Assembly: GCA_900546225.1 (NCBI GenBank)
Contig: URBZ01000001.1
Coordinates: 85,124-149,123 of the forward strand
Length of the DNA: 64,000 bases
Source: an uncultured Rickettsiales bacterium
Lineage (GTDB): Bacteria > Pseudomonadota > Alphaproteobacteria > Rs-D84
Direction: 5' to 3'
Shown: positions 57,055 through 64,000 of the stretch, one piece after another
Numbering within the stretch: the stretch's first letter is position 1
Layout: each line of letters begins with the position of its first letter
Translations under genes and position numbers: made by a program
Notes under the pieces: generated by a model
Told to the model about the DNA's origin: nothing
Databases searched by the model: none
What the model saw: the letters and a program-made list of their open reading frames with translations, nothing else

Positions 57055-58204
57055 AAATCTGGACGTCCGTGGCAAATTTATATTGCTGCGCGATGACTTT
57101 AACGTTCAAATTGTCGATGGCAAAATCACCGACCCATTTCGCATTGAACAGAGTATGCCAACCATCAATGCCCTGCGCGCGGGTGGTGCAAAAATCGCGA
57201 TTTGCGCCCATTTGGGCCGCCCAAAGGGTACGCGCAACATGGAATTTTCAATGCGCCCTGTTGCCGAGTATATGGGTGTGCCATTGATTGCCGATTGCTT
57301 GGACAAAGAATTTATGACAACTATGCATGATGGCGATGTGGTCTTGTTGGAAAACGTGCGTTTTTACGCCGGCGAAGAAAAAAACGACCCAGAATTTGCC
57401 CGCGAATTGGCACGCGGATTTGATATTTTTGTGAATGATGCATTTGCTGTATCGCACCGTGCACACGCCAGTACGGTTGGCGTAGCGGAAATTTTACCAT
57501 CATATGCGGGAAAACTGCTGGCATCAGAAATAGACAATCTGAATGCCGTAATGGAACACCCCGCACGTCCACTGACCGCGATAGTCGCCGGCAGCAAGGT
57601 TTCCACAAAAATCGGTGTGTTAAAGGCACTGGCCAAACTGGCGGACAACCTGATTATCGGGGGCGCACTGGGCACAACATTCAACTATGCGTGCGGCGCA
57701 CACGTCGGCAATTCATTGTACGAACCAGACCAGCGTGACACTGCATTGGAAATACTGGCATTTGCGCGCGATAATAATTGCAACGTGCTGTTACCATTGG
57801 ACAAGGGGGTTGCCCCAGAATTTGCGCCAAACGCACCACGCACCGACAAAACATTTGACGAAATCACAGACGCTGACATTATTTTGGACGATGGGGCACA
57901 GACCAGCGCAAACGATATTGAAACAATCAAAAAATCCGCAACCGTCATCTGGAACGGCAGCGTCGGCATGGCCGAATGGCAGCCCACATGGTCGGTTGGC
58001 ACATTCGCATTGGCACGCGCCATCGCGGAACAGACCCGTGCGGGAAAACTGACCAGCGTGATTGGTGGCGGCGACACGGTCGCGGCATTGGACGCATGCG
58101 GGGTCAAGGGCGACATGACATACGTTTCCACCGGCGGCGGCGCATTTCTGGAATTTGTAGAGGGGCGCACCCTGCCTGGGATTGCAATCTTGGAACAGAA
58201 ATAA
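57035..58204 (+). CDS. pgk: phosphoglycerate kinase
   Basis: KFILLRDDFNV N-terminus. AAGGAAAGGA RBS 5 nt upstream of the ATG at 57035. Terminator at 58205-58235. Confidence 0.9.
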   Translation: MKLRTIENLDVRGKFILLRDDFNVQIVDGKITDPFRIEQSMPTINALRAGGAKIAICAHLGRPKGTRNMEFSMRPVAEYMGVPLIADCLDKEFMTTMHDGDVVLLENVRFYAGEEKNDPEFARELARGFDIFVNDAFAVSHRAHASTVGVAEILPSYAGKLLASEIDNLNAVMEHPARPLTAIVAGSKVSTKIGVLKALAKLADNLIIGGALGTTFNYACGAHVGNSLYEPDQRDTALEILAFARDNNCNVLLPLDKGVAPEFAPNAPRTDKTFDEITDADIILDDGAQTSANDIETIKKSATVIWNGSVGMAEWQPTWSVGTFALARAIAEQTRAGKLTSVIGGGDTVAALDACGVKGDMTYVSTGGGAFLEFVEGRTLPGIAILEQK

Positions 58205-58227
58205 AAAATGCGCCACCGGCGCATTTT

Positions 58228-58524
58228 TTAACTCTGCATTGTGAATGGGCACGACTGGGTGTATTCATAAGAACCCGTTGTATCCGTAAATGTCTGTCCC
58301 ATTGGCGCATACATCAGACAATCCCCATTTGTGGACGCAACCAAACAACTGTTGGCATTTCCTGCGGCAACATAGCCCGTTGGGCACGACGTACCATCAG
58401 TAATTATAACAGATTCTTTGTCTGCCTGCATCACATAGCCGGTTGGACACTGGGTTCTGGGCGCAACCGCCACAGCGGGCATAAATACCCAGCCAACGAA
58501 AAACGCAAAAACAAATTTGTTCAT
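58228..58524 (-). CDS. small secreted Cys-rich protein with repeated CPTGY motif
   Basis: Signal peptide. TQCPTGYV / TSCPTGYV repeats. Confidence 0.45.
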   Translation of the reverse strand: MNKFVFAFFVGWVFMPAVAVAPRTQCPTGYVMQADKESVIITDGTSCPTGYVAAGNANSCLVASTNGDCLMYAPMGQTFTDTTGSYEYTQSCPFTMQS

Positions 58525-58535
58525 ATCTGCGCCCC

Positions 58536-58985
58536 CTAATCTATTAAATTATTAAACATCGCCGTACGAAATGCCGAATTTCCCAGTCCATTTTTCGCGG
58601 CACATAATGTACCACAAACAGCATTGCAATCAGAAACCGTGCTGTATTGTACAGACCCCGCCCGCACCCACTTTGATACCGCCGGACTAATCATTTTACA
58701 GAAACAATAATAATAATCCCCCGTGTGCGTTTTGCTTTCATAGTATATAACGTCCACTGCCTCGTTGGCATCCGCCGTGGTAATAGAACATGCATCGACA
58801 ATTTGAACCGCCGTCGTACCACATGTTGCCTGAAAATCAGGCCGCGACACAAAGGAAGCCCCACTACTCGAACAAGTATCATTTGGGTTTAACGCGACAC
58901 ATTTTATCGTTGCATCCGCTGTTTCCACATTCGCCAGCACGAGAAATACCGCCATACTTGAAATAAAAAAATTGCGTTTTGTCAT
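58536..58985 (-). CDS. small secreted Cys-rich protein
   Basis: Signal peptide MTKRNFFISSMAVFLVLANVETADA. 10 Cys. Confidence 0.45.
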   Translation of the reverse strand: MTKRNFFISSMAVFLVLANVETADATIKCVALNPNDTCSSSGASFVSRPDFQATCGTTAVQIVDACSITTADANEAVDVIYYESKTHTGDYYYCFCKMISPAVSKWVRAGSVQYSTVSDCNAVCGTLCAAKNGLGNSAFRTAMFNNLID

Positions 58986-59270
58986 AAAATCTTTCCTCCC
59001 TAAAACAAAAACTAACCACCAGAATTTCAGGTGGTTGGAGGTTCAAGACTATAAAAGTAGATATAGCGTGCTTATTCAATATATTCGCAACCCTCCAACC
59101 AACAAAAGTACTTCTCTTGGTGGAGTTTTTTTTATCGTCCATGGACGCTACTTTTAAGAGGTCTTGAATCCTCGGCACAGGAACACCCTGTACCGCTGTC
59201 AATTATATACGTGCACAGTTTTTATGGCAAGAATAAAAAATACCCAAATGGCTTTTGTGAAAAAAACAAG

Positions 59271-59310
59271 TGCGCCGATGGCGCACTTCATTGCTCTCTG
59301 CTCTCTGCTC
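59271..59310. repeat. GTGCGCC-N-GGCGCAC hairpin followed by tandem tgctctc heptamer repeats
   Basis: gtgcgccgatggcgcac, then ttgctctctgctctctgctctttgctctct, then terminator aaaaaacggggcgatgccccgtttt. Confidence 0.6.
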
Positions 59311-59349
59311 TTTGCTCTCTAATAAAAAACGGGGCGATGCCCCGTTTTA

Positions 59350-60231
59350 TTATTTATCCAATGCCTTGATAATCTGGTCATATGGAATTGCACCAGGGAA
59401 CGCCTGTTCTTCGATAATCAAGAATGGTGTACCGCTGATTTCAAACTGTTGTGCCAAATCACGAACATTGGCCAATTCACGTGCGACAACTTCGCCGCCC
59501 ATGTCTTGTTTCAACTGTTTTGTATCCAGACCTGCTTCATCGGCCATTTTCAAAACGTTGGCTTCTACTTTTTCGCCCAATTTGGACTGATCTTTCAAAT
59601 CGTCTTGGGAATAGAAGTTACGTGTCATCATCATGTCAACCAACTTTGCGGCCTTTTCAGGATTCTGCAATTTCGCAGCAATTGCGGCCTTGGCTGGGGC
59701 ATCTGACAATGCGCCGTGGATCGAGAAGTTTTTAACAACAACGCGAACGTCATTGCGGTTTTTCAACACACGATCCAATTCACCGTGAACACGGCGGCAG
59801 TATGGGCAGCTGAAATCTGTCCAAACATAGATTGTTTTCTTTGCGTCTTGTGCGCCCAAGATTGGGGCATCTGCAACCATCGTGTCGGCGTGATTACGAA
59901 CGAATGCACGAACGGCCTTGTTCTTTGCTTCGTTCATCTGTTCCTGTGCGCCATTTGCCATTTCCTGAATAATCAACGGATTGACCGATGTCAGGTAATA
60001 AGGCACATACAGACGGCAAACACCGCCCGCGACCAAGATGATAGCAACTAATTTAATTGCTTTCTTTGCCAAAATGGATTTTGCGCTGGGTTTCTTGCCA
60101 TCTTGTGCAATCAGCATACCGCCGAACATGTACAAGGCAATCGCCACGACCAAAACCAAGATTGTCCAAGTCATAGTTTTCTCCTTTCTGTTGAACAGAG
60201 ATACCATAGAAAAAAATTCGCAAATTCGCAA
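59350..60231 (-). CDS. DsbA-family thiol:disulfide oxidoreductase with N-terminal TM anchor
   Basis: Thioredoxin CxxC as FSCPYCRRVH. Terminator at 59321-59350. Confidence 0.8.
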   Translation of the reverse strand: MRICEFFSMVSLFNRKEKTMTWTILVLVVAIALYMFGGMLIAQDGKKPSAKSILAKKAIKLVAIILVAGGVCRLYVPYYLTSVNPLIIQEMANGAQEQMNEAKNKAVRAFVRNHADTMVADAPILGAQDAKKTIYVWTDFSCPYCRRVHGELDRVLKNRNDVRVVVKNFSIHGALSDAPAKAAIAAKLQNPEKAAKLVDMMMTRNFYSQDDLKDQSKLGEKVEANVLKMADEAGLDTKQLKQDMGGEVVARELANVRDLAQQFEISGTPFLIIEEQAFPGAIPYDQIIKALDK

Positions 60232-60240
60232 GGAATAATT

Positions 60241-60912
60241 CTAGATTTTTTTATGCGCTGCCGCCGCCATAATACGCATACGTGACGACGGCACGGTTGC
60301 GCCCAATGACGTGCAAATATTTTCAACAAAACGCAATGTCGTATCCAACGTCAACGGCAATTTGTACAGTCGCCCGATATACGGCGCGGCACAATTATCA
60401 CACACCGCGCGCCCCGTTCGTGGCGACAACCAGTTCAGGTTATCGTGCGCACCACACCCCGAACAATGCGATAAATCCAACGCATAGCCCAGTTCACGCA
60501 ACAGCGCAATTTCCCAATTCAAATATACTGTTTCCGAATCGCCAGTCGCCATTTGCACCAGCATTTCCAACGTTTCGTCATACAGACGGGAATATGCCTC
60601 GCGCTCTGGCAACAGCACCCGAATCAAATCAAACGCACAATTCATACACGATAATTTTTCGCCCGACATCATAATTGGTGCCGCCAAATTTCGCGCACTT
60701 TCCCAATGGAAAGTCCCCAGTTGTGATTCTAATCGCGCATTCCACGCCACCGCGCCAATTTGTCCCACCAATGGCCGGTTAGTACGCGCCACCTGTGCCC
60801 CGCGCAAGACGCCACACATAATACCAAAATCACGCGTAAAAATGCGCGCAACCGAATCGCGTTCGCCCATCGGGCGCATACCAATTAAAATCCCCACAGA
60901 TTCCAATTTCAT
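60241..60912 (-). CDS. recO: DNA repair protein RecO
   Basis: N-terminal OB fold (GILIGMRPMGERDSVARIFTRDFG). C-terminal C4 zinc motif CSGCG...CDNC. Confidence 0.8.
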   Translation of the reverse strand: MKLESVGILIGMRPMGERDSVARIFTRDFGIMCGVLRGAQVARTNRPLVGQIGAVAWNARLESQLGTFHWESARNLAAPIMMSGEKLSCMNCAFDLIRVLLPEREAYSRLYDETLEMLVQMATGDSETVYLNWEIALLRELGYALDLSHCSGCGAHDNLNWLSPRTGRAVCDNCAAPYIGRLYKLPLTLDTTLRFVENICTSLGATVPSSRMRIMAAAAHKKI

Positions 60913-60996
60913 GGCACGAATTATACCCCGCCCCGCCCCAGATAACAAATACTTTGTTGCAATAAAAAAAGTGCGCCATCCGGCGCAACATTACCC

Positions 60997-61298
60997 ACTG
61001 GATTGCCACGCTACGCTCGCAATGACAATGTTTCTAGAACATACTAAATTCCCCTCCTTTGGAGGGGTGGCGCGAATGCGACGGGGTGGTCAAGAGAGTA
61101 CATAATTATAGATTGATGCTTTCAGACAAAAGACCACCTCCCCGCTGCGCGGTACTCCTCCACAGGAGGAGAACTTAGTCCGCGCCAAGAATAAAAAACA
61201 TTGTCATTGCGAGGAATGAAATGACGAAGCAATCCAGTAAATTAAAAGTGCGCCGAACGGCGCACATCAAACTATATCACTCTATCACTTTATCACTA
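60997..61298. repeat. nested palindromic element carrying a ~160-bp structured GC-rich insert, then hairpin, tandem TATCACT repeats and terminator
   Basis: Copy A 60997-61027, centre tttctagaa, insert 61041-61200 (cccctcctttggagggg, ctcctccacaggaggag hairpins), copy B 61201-61237, gtgcgccgaacggcgcac 61248-61265, tatcact repeats 61274-61298. Confidence 0.65.
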
Positions 61299-61299
61299 A

Positions 61300-61328
61300 T
61301 AAAAAACGGGGCGATGCCCCGTTTTTTT
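61300..61328 (-). terminator. intrinsic terminator downstream of rplI
   Basis: aaaaaacggggcgatgccccgttttttt. Confidence 0.7.
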
Positions 61329-61917
61329 ATTCAGCGTCTGCCGCTTTTTCTTCTGCCACAGGTTGTTCGGCTGGTTTTTCTTCCGCTGCAGGTTTTTCTT
61401 CGGCAACTTCTTCAACCTTTTTCGTACCGAATGTCAGAACCTTGCCCGCAACCAACGCGTCAATTTCGTCCTGTGTCTGGGCAACATATACCTTGACTGG
61501 GACAATAACGTCTGGGTGCAATGCAATCTTGGTGTCAAACGCACCGATGGATTTGATTGGGCTGCCCAACAAAACCTGAGATGATTCAACATTGACGTTT
61601 GCGATTTCTTTCAACATACGCGCAATATCACGTGTTGATACAGAACCATACAGTTGACCTGTATCACCCGCCTGACGAATCATGTGCAGTTTTGCATTCT
61701 TTACTGCGTCAACGTGCGCTTCGGCGGCTGCCTTGGCGGCTTCCTGACGTGCGGTCAATTCGGCCTTTTTCGCTTCGAACAACGCAACGTTTTCACGTGT
61801 CCAGCGCATCGCCTTGCCGTTTGGCAACAAATAGTTGCGCGCAAAACCTGTTTTCACTTCGACTGTATCGCCGATATTGCCCAAGTGAGTAATTTTTTCT
61901 GTCAAAATAATTTTCAT
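61327..61917 (-). CDS. rplI: 50S ribosomal protein L9 with Glu/Lys/Pro/Ala-rich C-terminal extension
   Basis: MKIILTEKITHLGNIGDTVEVKTGFARNYLLP. Confidence 0.9.
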   Translation of the reverse strand: MKIILTEKITHLGNIGDTVEVKTGFARNYLLPNGKAMRWTRENVALFEAKKAELTARQEAAKAAAEAHVDAVKNAKLHMIRQAGDTGQLYGSVSTRDIARMLKEIANVNVESSQVLLGSPIKSIGAFDTKIALHPDVIVPVKVYVAQTQDEIDALVAGKVLTFGTKKVEEVAEEKPAAEEKPAEQPVAEEKAADAE

Positions 61918-62201
61918 TTTATCTGTCCTTTTTCTATTCTGCCCCTGCGGGGGGAAGTGCCCAACGCCCGTTGGGCGAAGGGGGTTAAAGTTAGAGTTCA
62001 AACGAACCCAAATATCTGCTGACATTGGTGGGAAACCCTCCCTGTCAGCAAGCTGACACCCCTCCGCGGGAGGGGAATTTTAATCTCATCACAAATCAAA
62101 TTAAATTATGTGAGACGAATGGCAGCGTTCATTTCAGTTCCGACGTGTATTAGACATACACGAGGAACTGTGAACGCAACAGGCGTCCACAGAATTTAAT
62201 T

Positions 62202-62429
62202 TTAGCCCAAGTTGTTGCGAACAAATGGCATCAACCCCAAATGACGGGCACGTTTGATGGCGGTTGCCAATTCGCGTTGGTCTTTCTGGGAAACACCACT
62301 GATGCGTGATGGGACGATTTTGCCGCGTTCTGTGATATAGTGCGACAGTGTTTTGATATCTTTGTAATCGATAACCTTGCCCTTTAATGGGTTAGATTTT
62401 TTACGATAAATTGCTGCACGTACTGCCAT
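62202..62429 (-). CDS. rpsR: 30S ribosomal protein S18
   Basis: [25 protein letters not shown]. Confidence 0.9.
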   Translation of the reverse strand: MAVRAAIYRKKSNPLKGKVIDYKDIKTLSHYITERGKIVPSRISGVSQKDQRELATAIKRARHLGLMPFVRNNLG

Positions 62430-62767
62430 TATTCTGCCTCTTCGTTATTCTTTTTCATCATTACTGATGGTTGTTCGGACAATGCTTCGACGCGAACGTT
62501 CAAGAAACGAATGACGTCTTCGTCAATGCGGGCACGACGTTCCAGTTCGGCAACCTGGGCCCCTGGCAATTCGATGTTCAGCATGACATAGTGTGCCTTG
62601 CGATTTTTACGGATAACATAGGCCAGATTCTTCAAACCCCAGAATTCTGTGGATTTAACATCACCGCCCAGTTCCTTGATGATTTCGGTGTATTTTGCCG
62701 CTTTTTCTTTTACCTGCGGTTCGGTCAAGTCCTGGCGGAAAACCAAGACGCTTTCATAGTAAGCCAT
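62429..62767 (-). CDS. rpsF: 30S ribosomal protein S6
   Basis: [14 protein letters not shown]...; acidic C-terminal tail. Confidence 0.9.
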   Translation of the reverse strand: MAYYESVLVFRQDLTEPQVKEKAAKYTEIIKELGGDVKSTEFWGLKNLAYVIRKNRKAHYVMLNIELPGAQVAELERRARIDEDVIRFLNVRVEALSEQPSVMMKKNNEEAE

Positions 62768-62940
62768 TTATATTTTTCCTATGGTTTAATCAGCCGACAC
62801 ACCATTGTGCCAGCAGGACATCGCCAATTATGCCGATTTTTTTAATAAAATCAAGTGATTTTTCCACGCGCATTTTATGAATAATCCCTATTGACTTTAT
62901 TTTGCAAAATTTACTATCATTATGTTATAAGAGAGATAGT

Positions 62941-63645
62941 ATGACGAACCAGTTTCACAGAAATCTTAACCGTATGGCGGCATTGACGGCGTTATTGGCC
63001 GCGGGCCTAATTATGTTTCACGACGAATTTCTGCGCGTTGCGGTGGCAAATATTTATCTGAACGGCATTATTATTGGGACAACGCTGTTCGGGATTGGGC
63101 TGGCGTTCGTGCACATGTTCAAATTATTGCCAGAATACCGCTGGTTGCGCGCGTATTTGATGGGACGTCGCAATGCACCCCTGCCCCCGATGCTGTTGCG
63201 TCCGGTTGCGATGTTGTTGCGTTCGCGTCCAACGCGCATTTCCGCCACATCATTAAATAATATGTTGGATTTAATTCTGTTACGTTTTGATGATGCGCGT
63301 GAATCAATTCGGTATATCACAAACACATTGATATTTTTAGGGCTGCTCGGGACGTTTTGGGGTCTGATTATGACCGTTGGCGGGTTTGCTGACCTGATTG
63401 GTGGGTTGAATTTCGCTGATGATGCGGTACTGACAACAATGCAGGCCGGTCTGTCCAAGCCACTGGCGGGTATGGCAACCGCATTTACCAGTTCGCTGAT
63501 GGGTCTGGCGGGCAGTTTGGTTATCGGATTTCTGGGCTTGCAGGTTCAGTTGGCACAAAACGCCATCTTTAACGAATTAGAAGATTACTTGGCCGCGCAC
63601 ACGCACGTGCCAACCGTCCCAGATTGCACATTGGACGATAAATAA
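62941..63645 (+). CDS. MotA/TolQ/ExbB-family proton-channel protein
   Basis: TM helices with LIFLGLLGTFWGLI and AFTSSLMGLAGSLVIG blocks. Confidence 0.65.
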   Translation: MTNQFHRNLNRMAALTALLAAGLIMFHDEFLRVAVANIYLNGIIIGTTLFGIGLAFVHMFKLLPEYRWLRAYLMGRRNAPLPPMLLRPVAMLLRSRPTRISATSLNNMLDLILLRFDDARESIRYITNTLIFLGLLGTFWGLIMTVGGFADLIGGLNFADDAVLTTMQAGLSKPLAGMATAFTSSLMGLAGSLVIGFLGLQVQLAQNAIFNELEDYLAAHTHVPTVPDCTLDDK

Positions 63646-63677
63646 GGGCAAAAACGCGAGAGAGAGGAAAAATAAAC

Positions 63678-64000
63678 ATGTTAAACATTCGTTTCCGCGA
63701 CAGAACTAATACATGGCCGGCATTTGTGGACTTGTTTTCCAATCTGGTTATCATATTGATTTTTTTGCTGATTGTGTTTGTATTTTTGTGGACAACCACC
63801 AGTGTTTTTAACACCAAGACCGGTGCGAAAACATTGGCGGACTTGAAACAGACAAACGCCGAACAGTCGCAAAAGATTCAACAGATGACCGCCGACGAGG
63901 AAGAGGCAAAACGCCTGTTGATTTTGGCGCGCGCCCAACTGGAAAATCTGGAAAACAATAACGCCCAATTATCAAATGAATTGGTTGCGGTCGATACCAG
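63678..64000 (+). CDS. MotB/TolR/ExbD-like partner protein (partial, runs off the window end)
   Basis: N-terminal WPAFVDLFSNLVIILIFLL TM segment followed by a coiled coil. No stop within the window. Confidence 0.45.
   Translation, partial: MLNIRFRDRTNTWPAFVDLFSNLVIILIFLLIVFVFLWTTTSVFNTKTGAKTLADLKQTNAEQSQKIQQMTADEEEAKRLLILARAQLENLENNNAQLSNELVAVDT

Overview
This window reads as a bacterial chromosome, probably an alphaproteobacterium, and probably host- or protist-associated. The alphaproteobacterial call rests on a CcrM-type adenine methyltransferase, NrdR, the lptC/lptB pairing and the ordinary rpsF-rpsR-rplI and rpsB-tsf neighbourhoods. The host-associated guess rests on many secreted Cys-rich and eukaryote-like proteins and dense intergenic palindromic repeats. 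About 40 genes are conventional housekeeping: pyruvate:ferredoxin oxidoreductase, CtpA, TyrS, EF-Ts, S2, PolA, CysS, ClpXP, Pth, Pgk, RNase HII, RecO, L9/S18/S6, LptB, CarD, a YfhM-like alpha-2-macroglobulin/PbpC pair, and two tRNAs (Leu, Ser). Accessory content stands out in four places. First, two copies of a two-gene cassette (a small secreted protein followed by a large modular protein with PKD-like beta-sandwich domains and roughly 33-aa LRR-like repeats), one copy split by a frameshift. Second, an operon pairing a Fic/Doc-fold protein whose catalytic motif has degenerated to QPFDDFNKRTAR with a translationally coupled APH-like kinase. Third, several secreted Cys-rich proteins carrying CPxG(Y) ephrin-receptor/TNFR-like motifs. 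Fourth, a family of nested palindromic repeat elements (actggattgc..gcaatgaca / tgtcattgcgag..gcaatccagt), often followed by a GTGCGCC-N4-GGCGCAC hairpin, tandem 7-mers and a terminator. One locus of that family is flanked by 14-bp inverted repeats beside tRNA-Leu, like a MITE. Every identification was made by eye from the translations and sequence, with no database searches.
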